Below are positions 32,583-43,061 of a stretch of DNA of 64,000 nucleotides, piece after piece. Below the pieces are notes generated by a model, which was not told the origin of the DNA, did no database searches, and was given only the letters and a program-made list of their open reading frames with translations. A program made the translations under genes and the position numbers. This stretch comes from Escherichia phage DK-13. The stretch lies in sequence record MT611523.1, one strand, 5' to 3'. Within the stretch, counting starts at the first letter, position 1. Every line of letters begins with the position of its first letter.

Positions 32583-32816
32583 TTAATTTTCCTTAAAGTA
32601 TCTCATACCAGTATCTATTCCCATATTGTGAGAATAGAACGCATCATCGATGTATCCTGCAAATTTACCTTTAACATAGATAACATCTTCACCACAAGGG
32701 TGGTCAGCGCAGATACGAATATCTGCACGATTCAATTTCCATTCCTTCATCATATACTTAATTTCTTCTTCGAACTCTTCGTCTTGGTTAAACGCATCGT
32801 CGATAGAATATCGCAT
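32583..32816 (-). CDS. Hypothetical protein (uvsY.-1 position)
   Basis: 77 aa; TAATG overlap with uvsY. Confidence 0.55.
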   Translation of the reverse strand: MRYSIDDAFNQDEEFEEEIKYMMKEWKLNRADIRICADHPCGEDVIYVKGKFAGYIDDAFYSHNMGIDTGMRYFKEN

Positions 32817-33250
32817 TACTTGCCCGCCTCAAATTGTCTTATTTCTAACATATGTTTAAGTGCGAAACTTCGTGACTTAACACCATCTAATGCAGCGCTA
32901 CAGAAGTCCTGGAGCAGTGTCCAATACTGAATTGACGTATCAATCTTCAGTACGCTTGAATCTGCGGCCATGACTGTTTTCAATTCTGACTTCTCGTACA
33001 CATCCATGCATACTTCTTCCCCTGGGTCACCCCTTCCTGTATAATGGTCTAGTCGTTTTTTCAGTGCAGTTTTCTTCTGAATCTCAAGACGCATTATTTC
33101 TTTCTTGCAGTTGGTATACAATCTCAACCATTTGCTATGCAACAAAACGTTGTTTTGTGTTTCATATTGAAGTTGTGTACCATCAATTTTTAAATCTGCA
33201 TCTAACTCATCCTGAAAGACTTCTAACTTATATTCAATCTCTGTTTTCAT
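32816..33250 (-). CDS. uvsY: Recombination mediator UvsY
   Basis: QLQYETQNNVLLHSKWL...GRGD...KSRSFALKHMLEIRQFEAGK matches recalled T4 UvsY; MotA-type promoter upstream. Confidence 0.85.
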   Translation of the reverse strand: MKTEIEYKLEVFQDELDADLKIDGTQLQYETQNNVLLHSKWLRLYTNCKKEIMRLEIQKKTALKKRLDHYTGRGDPGEEVCMDVYEKSELKTVMAADSSVLKIDTSIQYWTLLQDFCSAALDGVKSRSFALKHMLEIRQFEAGK

Positions 33251-33269
33251 AATGTATCCAATGTAAGGG

Positions 33270-33312
33270 TCTAGAACCATTATACAGCCATAAAATTAAA
33301 GCATTAACCGTT
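33270..33312 (-). promoter_or_regulatory. Middle (MotA-box) promoter upstream of uvsY
   Basis: Minus strand reads AATGCTTTA-N12-TATAAT-GGTTCTAGACCC. Confidence 0.55.
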
Positions 33313-33693
33313 TTGACTTAGCTGAATCCTGATTTGTTCGAGGGTATCAGGGTCATCAACAATGCTGAACTGAACTGTTACGATAATGGAGTTATCATCA
33401 TACATAGGGACAACTGCCACCTGTAGATTGCTTATCCTTGGTTCGAAGTTCCGCACCGCGGAGACGATGTTGCGTTTAATGGTATCTGTGATTAATGGAG
33501 TGATATTCTCGAAAAGCTGATTACTTATATCACATCCAAATTCAGGCATAAAAGGCCTTGACCCTTTTCTTGTGGTGATTATTCCCAAAAGACTGTTCTT
33601 AACAGACCTTGCACCAGTTACTTTAGCAACGTCTTTATCCCAACTTGTAGATAAGTCGGGAGACACATCGCTATACATTTTGTTTATATTCAT
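33304..33693 (-). CDS. gp25: Baseplate wedge protein gp25
   Basis: 129 aa; gpW/gp25-like; synteny. Confidence 0.85.
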   Translation of the reverse strand: MNINKMYSDVSPDLSTSWDKDVAKVTGARSVKNSLLGIITTRKGSRPFMPEFGCDISNQLFENITPLITDTIKRNIVSAVRNFEPRISNLQVAVVPMYDDNSIIVTVQFSIVDDPDTLEQIRIQLSQNG

Positions 33694-34317
33694 TTACATA
33701 AACTTAAAGAATTCTTTAAGCCCCTTAATTACATGGACAGAATGTGCTCCGCACTCGCAAGAGATAGGAATAGCCATTTGGACCTGTGGCTTGAGAAGTT
33801 CTTCTGTTAGTGCATTTATATCATCGAGGGTAATTGCATTGTACAGGTCCTCGATTTCAGCTTCATTTAAGTCATCAACAACGATGCGCTCACCGCCTTC
33901 CGTGATAATATATTCGATACAACAAGCAATCATTTTTCCTTTATCACCATCTTCAAACAGTCCAGGATAACGGAATTTAATTTTAAACGCCCCGAAATCA
34001 CGAATAACTTCAGACTCATCCACGATGCTTGCGCGACTTATAGTCACAGGAATATCTTGTTCCTTTCCGCACTCACATACCCATGTATGCTCGACGTTAA
34101 CAGCTCCGAGACTATTTGCCCAGAGATTAATAAGAAGCAGCTCGGCTTCCTGTTTGTTTAACCCTTTAGCATCAGTGCATTTATTAAGCAGTTCAATTAT
34201 TGCAGGTTCCATACGCTTTTCTAATTTTGCCTGAAGCAAATCTTTGTATTCGCGCAAGGTAAAAGCCCTACAATTTATAGTTTTATTTTTAATTTGGACA
34301 ATAAATTCATAAGTCAT
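33694..34317 (-). CDS. gp26: Baseplate hub protein gp26
   Basis: 207 aa from ATG with GGAG RBS (track ORF extends to a TTG at 34350); T4 gp26 is 208 aa. Confidence 0.75.
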   Translation of the reverse strand: MTYEFIVQIKNKTINCRAFTLREYKDLLQAKLEKRMEPAIIELLNKCTDAKGLNKQEAELLLINLWANSLGAVNVEHTWVCECGKEQDIPVTISRASIVDESEVIRDFGAFKIKFRYPGLFEDGDKGKMIACCIEYIITEGGERIVVDDLNEAEIEDLYNAITLDDINALTEELLKPQVQMAIPISCECGAHSVHVIKGLKEFFKFM

Positions 34318-34335
34318 AATTTGCTCCTTTACTGT

Positions 34336-34346
34336 ATTTATAAATA
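34336..34346. promoter_or_regulatory. Palindromic divergent late promoter TATTTATAAATA between gp26 and gp51
   Basis: TATAAATA on plus strand and its reverse complement on minus strand overlap by 5 nt. Confidence 0.55.
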
Positions 34347-34370
34347 TCAATAAAGATAAAAGGGGATTCT

Positions 34371-35123
34371 ATGGCCAATATCGTAAGATGTGAAATGCCA
34401 GACGGAGTTCATCGTTTCAAACCGTTTACAGTCGCTGATTACCGTGATTTACTGCTTGTGCGAAACGACATGAACAACAAACCCGTCGAAGAACAAAAAC
34501 AATTATTAGACGAACTGTTGGAAGATTATTTTGGAGAGTATCCAAAAGCATGGAGGCCTTACATATTTCTGAAGGTATTCACTTCCTCTATCGGTAAGAC
34601 AAAAGTCCCGGTAGCGTTTGAATGTCAAAAATGTAAAAAGACAAAGCAGACTTTGTTTAACCTGAATCAGGGTCCATTAGTAAATCCAACGATGGAAACC
34701 GCCGGGATAAAAATACAATTTAAGTTCCCTGAAGTGGAATATAAAGATAAGTCAGAGCTTGTCTTGAATACCATCCAGACTGTCGAAGACTCGGAACAAA
34801 AATACAATTGGGAAGACCTTCCTGAAGAAACAAAGATGCAGGTTATCGATGCAATTGATATAGAGAGTCTCGAAGCACTCCTTAAGAAAATGCATTCGGT
34901 TTATATTCCATTTACATATGGCTGTTGTGAAAAGCACAAAACCGAATACACTGACCTGCTTGACGTCTTTAAGCTTATCCTTAACCCGGATGAAGTCTTT
35001 GTATTTTATCAAATTAACCACTTGCTGGTAAAGAATCAATATTCGCTGGATAGCATCATGCATATGATTCCTATTGAACGAGGTATTGCTTTATCACTAG
35101 TTGAGAAGGACTTGAAAAAATGA
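34371..35123 (+). CDS. gp51: Baseplate hub assembly protein gp51
   Basis: 250 aa; divergent from gp26 across a late promoter; synteny. Confidence 0.8.
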   Translation: MANIVRCEMPDGVHRFKPFTVADYRDLLLVRNDMNNKPVEEQKQLLDELLEDYFGEYPKAWRPYIFLKVFTSSIGKTKVPVAFECQKCKKTKQTLFNLNQGPLVNPTMETAGIKIQFKFPEVEYKDKSELVLNTIQTVEDSEQKYNWEDLPEETKMQVIDAIDIESLEALLKKMHSVYIPFTYGCCEKHKTEYTDLLDVFKLILNPDEVFVFYQINHLLVKNQYSLDSIMHMIPIERGIALSLVEKDLKK

Positions 35124-36289
35124 CAGTTAAATCTATGCAGCGCGAAGGCTTTCCTAATATCAGCATCCGCCTTTACGAAGATTATGATGCATGGCTTGAG
35201 CACCGTTTTGTGGAACTAGCTGCTACCTTTACAACGTTAACCATGCGCGATTCCCTTTACGGAAGAAACGAGGGGCTCTTGCAATTCTATGATACGAAAA
35301 ACCTACATACAAAAATGAATGGTGAACAGGTTATTCAGATTTCTGTTAAGAATGCCAACTCTGACCGAACCCAATCTAGAATATATGGAAGTAAACACTT
35401 TGCCGTTTCCGTGGATTCAAAGGGTGATAACATAATTACAATTCAGCTGGCTCCTATTCACGAAATTGAAGACTTGAAATTTAGTCGTATGTTTTACCCG
35501 AGCGTACAGGAAACATTAGTCGAAATGACCGGGGTAATTTATCAAGATAGACCATTACTTTCCCCACCAATAAACGGCATAAACGTTTATGCTCCTAACG
35601 TTCCATGGTGTGATTCGATGAACCAATATATGGAATTCATAAGGGAAGTTGGCCTGTCGGTAGAAACTGATAAATTTGTTTTTGTATGGGAAGATATTGA
35701 TGGGATAAGTATCCAGGATTATGAATGGCTAACATCACAAGAGCCAATTAATTTTGTGGTGGGGGAACCTCGATTGGTTGGGCAATTTGTACAAAACCTG
35801 ACTACTCCTTTAGCCTTCGATTTTGAATGGTTAACAAAGGCAAACCAACACACAAGAAAACCATACGAAAACGCAACCGTGTATGCACATTCATTCCTTG
35901 ATAAGAACGCAACCAGAATAACTTTTGGGGAAGGACAAAACAGTATTCTGGTATCTCGTTCCGGTGGCTATGCAGATTACACATACCGAAATGGTTTCGA
36001 GGAAGCACAACGATTGATAACCATGTCACAATATGACGGTTACGCGCATTGCAAAACGTACGGGAACTTTGAATTAACTCCGGGCGATAAGATAAATTTC
36101 TTTGACCCTAAGAACCAATTCAAATATGATTTTTACGTAGACGAAGTTATTCATGAAGTGAGTAACAATACATCAATTACAAACCTCTATATGTTTACCA
36201 ATGGTAAGCCTATCGAAGTTGAAGAACCACCGAAGGTTAAAAATGAACTTAAAACTGATTCTGCCGACGAAGAAAATACAGCTGGGTGA
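35120..36289 (+). CDS. gp27: Baseplate hub protein gp27
   Basis: 389 aa versus 391 in T4; synteny. Confidence 0.85.
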   Translation: MTVKSMQREGFPNISIRLYEDYDAWLEHRFVELAATFTTLTMRDSLYGRNEGLLQFYDTKNLHTKMNGEQVIQISVKNANSDRTQSRIYGSKHFAVSVDSKGDNIITIQLAPIHEIEDLKFSRMFYPSVQETLVEMTGVIYQDRPLLSPPINGINVYAPNVPWCDSMNQYMEFIREVGLSVETDKFVFVWEDIDGISIQDYEWLTSQEPINFVVGEPRLVGQFVQNLTTPLAFDFEWLTKANQHTRKPYENATVYAHSFLDKNATRITFGEGQNSILVSRSGGYADYTYRNGFEEAQRLITMSQYDGYAHCKTYGNFELTPGDKINFFDPKNQFKYDFYVDEVIHEVSNNTSITNLYMFTNGKPIEVEEPPKVKNELKTDSADEENTAG

Positions 36290-36761
36290 TAAAGAGATTC
36301 ATGTTCCTAAGCTTGGTCTCAAGCATCACAATCTGATTAAAAACGAACCTAACCCATACGCTGCATTAAGAAAGATTATGCAATCGATATTCCCTAATCT
36401 TACAGCAGCCGAATCCGACTTTGTATCTTTACATCTCCTGGAATTCAATGGTAAGCTAAAAGACAAACGCGAGATTAATGGATTTACATATAAGCTGGAT
36501 GATGTTTATATCTGTCAGCGCCTTGAATTTTCTTATCAAGGAAAGACATTTAAATTCCGCTCCAATAAACCGTATGAAGAATTCGGACCAGTTGACAATC
36601 TCCTGGAGACCCTTTATCTTGGGGAAGATGTTCCAGACTTTCTGGATATGCCTGCTTTTGTTGCTAAGTGGGCAGACGATATCACAAGCACATTAGCAAT
36701 CCCGGGTCCGAATGGTCCTGTTAAGGGGTTACTGAAAATAATGGAACTCCTAAATGAATAA
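36243..36761 (+). CDS. gp28: Baseplate hub distal subunit gp28
   Basis: 172 aa from internal ATG (T4 gp28 is 177 aa); overlaps 3' end of gp27. Confidence 0.7.
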   Translation: MNLKLILPTKKIQLGDKEIHVPKLGLKHHNLIKNEPNPYAALRKIMQSIFPNLTAAESDFVSLHLLEFNGKLKDKREINGFTYKLDDVYICQRLEFSYQGKTFKFRSNKPYEEFGPVDNLLETLYLGEDVPDFLDMPAFVAKWADDITSTLAIPGPNGPVKGLLKIMELLNE

Positions 36762-38499
36762 AAACTCCGAACAAACGAGCTTCAGACGCGGTGGACCTAA
36801 TAAAAAGCTTATCGAAGAATTAGCACCACAAAGGAGGGCGGAAGCCCTCTCTGCTGAACAGAATGATGAATTATCGAATCTGAATACAACTCTTACAAAT
36901 ACTCAGGCGGCAACCGAACTTGTATCGGAAGCTATTGAGGATAAGGGTAATCAGATTATTGAGAATATCCAGACCAACAATGGAGTCCTCCAGGATATCA
37001 GTGCTGGGGTTGAACTGACGGCCGAAGCCACCGAGAAGACTCAACAAGGGATTAAAAACCTCACGGATATTCTCTCGGATAAGCTCGACAAACTCAGTGC
37101 AATGATAAGCGGTAAAATAGGCGTCACGTCTCCTGTGGCTGGTTCTGAAAGCCTTAAACCTGTGGAGGATGCACTACCAGAGCCTGAAGAGAATAAGCCC
37201 ACAGCGAGCGTTCCAGCGCTCATACCGCCAGAAGAAAAAAAGCCCGACGCTGACTTCATTCCGGAACCAGAACAGCCAAAAAACGATGCAGAAGGTAAAG
37301 AGACTAATACCTGGTCACTTGGTGATAAGCTTGATACCCTTTCGAAGATAACCGAAAAAGGATTTAAGGCATCGATTTCTGTAGCTGACCGAATCTCCGG
37401 GATGCTGTTCAAATATACAATTACGGCAGCAGCCGAAGCAGCCAAGCTTATTGGTGGATTATTGTTGTTGGTATTCGGTATCGATGCAATACGAGTTTAC
37501 TTCCAATATTTCATGAAGCAATTCGAAAAAGGCTGGGCCGAATTTAATGATAAGTTCAAAGAATGGGGTCCGTTGCTTGAAGGACTAATGACCTGGGCTA
37601 AGAACGCCGAAGCGATGTTTAGTGAAAGGAACTGGTTAGGATTAGCCGAAGCTATTATCCGTGGGATGGTCAACTTAACGAAGAACATGGCTCAACTTCT
37701 TATGCTTGGTATTTCAAAATTAATCTCGGCTATTTTAAGTAAAATCCCTGGGATGGGTGATTTAGCAGATAATGTGGAAGCCTCAGCTTTGATGTCTTAT
37801 CAGCAAAATACAGGGGCAACTCTGGATGATGAAGACCAAACCAAGATAGCAAAATATCATGACAAACGTTCGGCCGAAGCAATGGAAGCTGCAGAGAAGA
37901 TGAATAAGAAGTATAAGGATAAACCTGAACTAATTAATCAAGCCGAAAAATATGGTAACCTTACCAAGGAACAAGCTGACCAGCTTCGCGCGGGTGGGAT
38001 TGACACAAGCTTCAGAGACCTTCCGGAAGAAGAACGTCTGGACTATTTCAAGAAGCGTGACAAAGCACAGGCTGATATTATTCGTTTGACCCAAACTGCT
38101 GACAACCTAATGAAGCCAGACGCAACCGATAAAAAGAATGCGATGGAAATGAGAGCTAACATTGAAAAACAATTAGCTGACCCAGCTATGGCAAAAGGTG
38201 GAGCTCCGAAAGACCTGAATATGCGCACCCTGTTGGAAAAACTTGATAAGTCTCTCGAGAAGTTCAAAGACGAACCGAAAGTTAAACCGCCGGATGTTAA
38301 GACTTCTCCGGATGCACAACAAGCTGCGAAGGTTGACGAAGGTATGAAGGCCAAAGAAAATAAATACAAGGATGCACCAGCTCAGGCACAAATTAACACG
38401 GTCAATAATATTCAGAAGACTTCCAGGACGCAATACAATATGCCTCCTCAAAGTTCAACCCCTGCCCCTGGCATGAGACAGGCCACGAGAATTAACTAA
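36754..38499 (+). CDS. gp29: Baseplate hub / tail length determinator gp29
   Basis: 581 aa; synteny and size. Confidence 0.85.
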   Translation: MNKNSEQTSFRRGGPNKKLIEELAPQRRAEALSAEQNDELSNLNTTLTNTQAATELVSEAIEDKGNQIIENIQTNNGVLQDISAGVELTAEATEKTQQGIKNLTDILSDKLDKLSAMISGKIGVTSPVAGSESLKPVEDALPEPEENKPTASVPALIPPEEKKPDADFIPEPEQPKNDAEGKETNTWSLGDKLDTLSKITEKGFKASISVADRISGMLFKYTITAAAEAAKLIGGLLLLVFGIDAIRVYFQYFMKQFEKGWAEFNDKFKEWGPLLEGLMTWAKNAEAMFSERNWLGLAEAIIRGMVNLTKNMAQLLMLGISKLISAILSKIPGMGDLADNVEASALMSYQQNTGATLDDEDQTKIAKYHDKRSAEAMEAAEKMNKKYKDKPELINQAEKYGNLTKEQADQLRAGGIDTSFRDLPEEERLDYFKKRDKAQADIIRLTQTADNLMKPDATDKKNAMEMRANIEKQLADPAMAKGGAPKDLNMRTLLEKLDKSLEKFKDEPKVKPPDVKTSPDAQQAAKVDEGMKAKENKYKDAPAQAQINTVNNIQKTSRTQYNMPPQSSTPAPGMRQATRIN

Positions 38500-38507
38500 G
38501 GAATAAC

Positions 38508-39602
38508 ATGAAAGTAAAAGAACTCGATATTGATATTGCGGGTTTATTTAACGGAGGTTCTAAGACCTCCGCTGGGCAGTCAAAAGCTGCCCAGACTCAA
38601 GCTACTATTGTGGCGCAATATCCAGCAGAACGAGCTTCCGGTAATGATTCTTCAGATGATATGCGAGTTAATGACCTTTATAAAAATGGTCTGTTATTCA
38701 CGGCATACAATTTCAGTTCAAGAACATCTCCGGAATTACGCTCAGACAGGTCAAGCCAATTGACTTCATTAAAGAAAGTTTCCAATGGTGCTTCATTTAA
38801 CCCGGTTAAAAGTTTAACATCTTTTGCTAAATCGAAATTAACCGGCGCTGGCTCAACCGGTAAAAGTTTTGATTCAAACGCTGTTGCAAATATCCTGTTG
38901 CCTCGTTCGAAGTCCGATGTAGAATCCGTATCGCATCGATTCAACGATGTTGGTGAGTCTCTTATTACGAAAGGTGGTGGCTCAGCTACAGGTATTCTTA
39001 GTAACATCGCATCGACTGCAGTTTTCGGCGCACTCGAATCAGTTACAAACGGTGTAATGGCCGACCATGGCGAACAGATTTACACAACGGCACGAAGCAT
39101 GTATGCTGGTCCAGACAACAGGACAAAAGTTTATACATGGGAAATGACTCCACGTTCGGCCCAGGACTTAATCCAGATAGTGAAGATATACGAGATTTTT
39201 AACTATTACTCCTATGGAGAAACCGGTAAAAGTTCGTTTGCTTCCGAGCTGAAAGATAAAATCGATACATGGTATAAATCCACCTTCAAAAAGGAAGCAA
39301 TCGATAACTTTGACGGCAAGTTGCTCGGTGAAGAGATAACAAGCTTCCTAACGAACGTTCTGGTGGTCTCTAACCCTACTATCTGGTATATCCGCAACTT
39401 CGGTGATACAAGCTCGTACGATGGCCGTGGGGAGCTATTTGGGCCGTGCCAGATTCAGAGCATAAGATTCGATAAATCCCCGGATGGTCATTTCGGTGGA
39501 TTAGCTATTGCTCCTAACCTGCCATCGACTTTTGTACTTGAAATCACTTTCCGTGAAATCATTACGCTTAACCGTGGCTCACTATATGCGGAAGGTTTCT
39601 AA
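38508..39602 (+). CDS. gp48: Baseplate tail-tube junction protein gp48
   Basis: 364 aa, same as T4 gp48. Confidence 0.85.
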   Translation: MKVKELDIDIAGLFNGGSKTSAGQSKAAQTQATIVAQYPAERASGNDSSDDMRVNDLYKNGLLFTAYNFSSRTSPELRSDRSSQLTSLKKVSNGASFNPVKSLTSFAKSKLTGAGSTGKSFDSNAVANILLPRSKSDVESVSHRFNDVGESLITKGGGSATGILSNIASTAVFGALESVTNGVMADHGEQIYTTARSMYAGPDNRTKVYTWEMTPRSAQDLIQIVKIYEIFNYYSYGETGKSSFASELKDKIDTWYKSTFKKEAIDNFDGKLLGEEITSFLTNVLVVSNPTIWYIRNFGDTSSYDGRGELFGPCQIQSIRFDKSPDGHFGGLAIAPNLPSTFVLEITFREIITLNRGSLYAEGF

Positions 39603-40561
39603 TGTTTACTTTACAAGAATTTCAAACACAAGCGATTAATATCGACTTGCAGAGGAATAACCTTTTTAGTGTGGTCTTCGCGACCACGCCTTCCTCTAAA
39701 TCTCAGAATCTTCTGGACCAGTTCGGGGGTGCATTATTCAGTAACCTTCCTGTTAACTCAGATTGGTTTGGATTAACACAAGGTGACTTAACTCAGGGGA
39801 TAACAACTCTTGTTACTGCCGGGACACAAAAGCTTATTCGCAAATCAGGGATAAGCAAATATCTTATCGGGGCAATGAGTAACCGTGTTGTGCAATCATT
39901 ATTGGGGGAATTTGAGGTTGGTACTTACCTGCTTGATTTCTTTAATATGGCATATCCAACGGCTGGTCTATTAGTTCACTCTGTTAAGCTTCCGGATAAC
40001 ACATTGAACTACGAAATGGACCTTAACCATAATGCACCAAATATCAAGATAACAGGGAGAGAATATTCTCCATTGGTATTGAGCTTCAGAATGGATTCAG
40101 AGGCAGGGAACTTTAGAGCATTTAACGATTGGGTCAACTCTGTACAGGACCCAGTTACCCAGCTAAGGGCCTTGCCTGAAGACGTTGAAGCTGATATTCA
40201 GGTTAACCTTCATTCGCGTAACGGATTGCCGCATACGGTTGTTATGTTAACTGGTTGTGTTCCTGTAAGTGTATCAGCGCCTGAATTGAGTTATGAAGGG
40301 GATAATCAGATAGCTACATTTGATGTAACTTTTGCTTATCGCGTTATGTCAACTGGTGCGGTGGGAAGAGCTGCGGCATTGGAATGGTTGGAAGATAAGG
40401 TTATTAAGGGTGTATCTGGTATTAGTTCAGATAACAACTTGAACTCAGAAGTTGCCAAATTGAGCCGCTTGTCTGGTGCTCAATCTGGATTAACAAGTCT
40501 ATACAATACGTTTACTGGTTCTGGGAGAACAGTCTCTGGTGGAAGTCAACGTATATTATAA
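39602..40561 (+). CDS. gp54: Baseplate tail-tube initiator gp54
   Basis: 319 aa versus 320 in T4; followed by strong hairpin terminator. Confidence 0.85.
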   Translation: MFTLQEFQTQAINIDLQRNNLFSVVFATTPSSKSQNLLDQFGGALFSNLPVNSDWFGLTQGDLTQGITTLVTAGTQKLIRKSGISKYLIGAMSNRVVQSLLGEFEVGTYLLDFFNMAYPTAGLLVHSVKLPDNTLNYEMDLNHNAPNIKITGREYSPLVLSFRMDSEAGNFRAFNDWVNSVQDPVTQLRALPEDVEADIQVNLHSRNGLPHTVVMLTGCVPVSVSAPELSYEGDNQIATFDVTFAYRVMSTGAVGRAAALEWLEDKVIKGVSGISSDNNLNSEVAKLSRLSGAQSGLTSLYNTFTGSGRTVSGGSQRIL

Positions 40562-40565
40562 AAAG

Positions 40566-40590
40566 AAAGGGACCCGAAGGTCCCTTTTTT
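40566..40590. terminator. Bidirectional hairpin AAGGGACC-CGAA-GGTCCCTT after gp54
   Basis: 8-bp stem and T7 run. Confidence 0.7.
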
Positions 40591-40879
40591 ATTTGCGGAA
40601 TGAAATGAAACCTGCTGCAGTCATTACAACTTCTTTCTTAGCAAAGACTGTAATTGCAATTGGTGCTTCAGATTCAAGTTGCCCAGTTACTACACCATTA
40701 AAAATATTTTCTGTTTGTTCAGAATTTACAAAGTTTTCAACAGGGCGAAGGTCAAACTTCTTATCTTCGCCAAACACGCGCCGCAGTTCATTACCCACCG
40801 CGCTGTCAAACTCTTCTGAAGCCGGGATAACATTCTCAACTACTAGTTCCTGACCATTAAAGCGAAAAGATGATTTCAT
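40589..40879 (-). CDS. Hypothetical protein downstream of alt
   Basis: 96 aa from ATG with GAGGA RBS; synteny with the alt-adjacent small genes of T4. Confidence 0.45.
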   Translation of the reverse strand: MKSSFRFNGQELVVENVIPASEEFDSAVGNELRRVFGEDKKFDLRPVENFVNSEQTENIFNGVVTGQLESEAPIAITVFAKKEVVMTAAGFISFRK

Positions 40880-40942
40880 TTTGTTTTCCTCATGTGCAAT
40901 TGATATGAACATTGTATCGCACTTCCTTGTGCTTGTAAACCC

Positions 40943-43003
40943 CTACGAAAGGAATTTAGGAGGAATAGCTTCCAAATTAATACAACTAGCAAGAATACCA
41001 AGACCTTGATTGACTTTCTTCGTTACCCCAGAGGATGCAAACGATGCAAAGTCAACAGATTCTACTGGCTCTTCTGTTTCCTCGCCCTGATAAACGACAA
41101 GCTCACCAGTTTCCATCAACACATCACCATCATAGATAACTGCATTTTCATCCAGTTGGTCCGTAGTCTGGATATCAGCTTCCAGCATTTTGACGTTCGC
41201 GTTTCCTTGATACGAAGCATCAGTAATTTTGGTAATCTTAACTACAGTCCCACGAGGAAGAATAACTTCCTGCTCGGATGGGTTGCCTGACAATTCCCCA
41301 GGAACAATTACGTTAATTAAGTCCGCTCCAGAAATTTTCCAACCAACATGCATCATTACGTGTTCGCGGCGTGCTTCCGGCATATCTGGTAAAACAATTT
41401 CGTCATCAGCCTGGAAAGATGTCCCATCACGATAGTCCTGATGAACTGCAGCCATAGCAACGTTCGCCACCCAGCCACCAAAGATAATCGGTTTAAACGA
41501 CGTTGATACATAGTTCCTGAAATAAAATAATTTAGATTTCTTAATTTTATCAAATGTAGGAACGTTTAAATATTGACCACGCCAAAGAGTTGTATTAGGT
41601 GGCAACTTATGTCCAATTTCAAAGGCCGAATCCAATTCCTTAATTGTTTCGACAACTCTGTCTAGATTTAGGAATTCAGCTTCTTCTTCATAATATTTGC
41701 CCATCAAATAATTATTAATATCGGCATAGTTTGCTCCACAATAATCTGCAATTGCTTCTCGCTGACCATAATGGAAACGGTTGTCAGTATACCCTGCTGT
41801 GAAATTAAGAGTATTTTCTGATGCTTCTTCAGCAAAGTCTTTAACTGCAACACGAATGGCGCTTGTGTATTCTTTTTCCCAGAGCGAGGCTGCATAAGTG
41901 GCTGCATCCACGTTAGGAGGAGCATCATTCATTTTTCTTTCGATAAATGCGGCTTTGCGAAGGTTAAGAATCTCTGCACATGATTCGGCAAAAATCTGCA
42001 TCTGCTTCATACTACCAACTGGAGCACGTTTAAGTTCGCGATGCATACGGTTAAAAATTGGGTCAGAGTCTTCAACACGAATTTCTTCTTTCCAAACACC
42101 ATTTGCTCGCATAGCCGTATCTGCTGCGCGCATACGAGCCATAGTATTCGTTTCGGAAGGTCGAACAAAAATTTCCAGTTCTTCATAATCATCGATAAGT
42201 TCTGCCGTAGCCGGTCGGCTAAACTTAGCAGCTTCTGCATCGATTTCGTCCCAACCTTCTGGCACGGAATCACTTGGAGCGTACTGGGCTTGTGCAATAG
42301 CTCGGCGACTGATTTTAGTTTTCTGGGCAACAGCAGCATCGGTCTTTTTGTTTGCTGCGTCAATCAGAATCTCGGCTGCAATTTCTTGTTTGGATACTTG
42401 TGCACCATTATCTTTATTGGTGAATACATCACCAACTTTAGTTTCGACTTTTTTATATTTCTCAGGGACTGGTGGCATACCATCGACTGAAAGCAGGTCA
42501 ACACCCCTTTTGTACATAATTACATAAGCGTTCTTTTTACCAATGCCAGAAGCATTCGGAAGAACATGATAACGTCCGCTGGTTTTCATTTGAATCAGTC
42601 GATTCATAATACGAATAATAGCTTGGTCTTGTCCTTTCATCTTTTTGGATGGGAAACGGAACAAGACTACATCAGGTTTGCCTAGTTTAATGCTTTCCCA
42701 GACTGTAGTAAAAATCAAGTTAATTGCATCAAGAGGTTTTTCACCTAAACCACCCTTCAGAGGAACAGCATGACCGTGTGAAGTTCCGGATAACAGGAAT
42801 ACCTCGGCAATTGCATCGCCGCGTTTATATTGTTTAACTGTTTCTTTGCCCGTGAATTGCATCAAACGGGCCATAAGAGAATTGGTCCCAGGAACACCGA
42901 ATTGCCAAACCTGTGGGACCTTGTATTTTGGATTCATATTAATGACAGGATAACCGAAGGTTTCGATATATTTGTCAAAGAGTTCATTTAATTGTTCAGA
43001 CAT
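40943..43003 (-). CDS. alt: Alt, packaged ADP-ribosyltransferase
   Basis: 686 aa versus 682 in T4; position between gp54 and DNA ligase. Confidence 0.8.
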   Translation of the reverse strand: MSEQLNELFDKYIETFGYPVINMNPKYKVPQVWQFGVPGTNSLMARLMQFTGKETVKQYKRGDAIAEVFLLSGTSHGHAVPLKGGLGEKPLDAINLIFTTVWESIKLGKPDVVLFRFPSKKMKGQDQAIIRIMNRLIQMKTSGRYHVLPNASGIGKKNAYVIMYKRGVDLLSVDGMPPVPEKYKKVETKVGDVFTNKDNGAQVSKQEIAAEILIDAANKKTDAAVAQKTKISRRAIAQAQYAPSDSVPEGWDEIDAEAAKFSRPATAELIDDYEELEIFVRPSETNTMARMRAADTAMRANGVWKEEIRVEDSDPIFNRMHRELKRAPVGSMKQMQIFAESCAEILNLRKAAFIERKMNDAPPNVDAATYAASLWEKEYTSAIRVAVKDFAEEASENTLNFTAGYTDNRFHYGQREAIADYCGANYADINNYLMGKYYEEEAEFLNLDRVVETIKELDSAFEIGHKLPPNTTLWRGQYLNVPTFDKIKKSKLFYFRNYVSTSFKPIIFGGWVANVAMAAVHQDYRDGTSFQADDEIVLPDMPEARREHVMMHVGWKISGADLINVIVPGELSGNPSEQEVILPRGTVVKITKITDASYQGNANVKMLEADIQTTDQLDENAVIYDGDVLMETGELVVYQGEETEEPVESVDFASFASSGVTKKVNQGLGILASCINLEAIPPKFLS

Positions 43004-43035
43004 AATAGGTTCCTTATAAAATATGATGTATTTAT

Positions 43036-43058
43036 ACTAAAAAAGGGCCGAAGCCCTT
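43036..43058 (-). terminator. Hairpin GGGCC-GAAG-GCCC between ligase and alt
   Basis: Stem-loop with flanking A/T runs. Confidence 0.55.
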
Positions 43059-43061
43059 TTG

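Noticed and set aside
32442-32930. 162-aa plus-strand ORF overlapping uvsY.-1 and uvsY
   Set aside because: Opposite strand to the UvsY gene, which has a clear T4 homologue, and no RBS.
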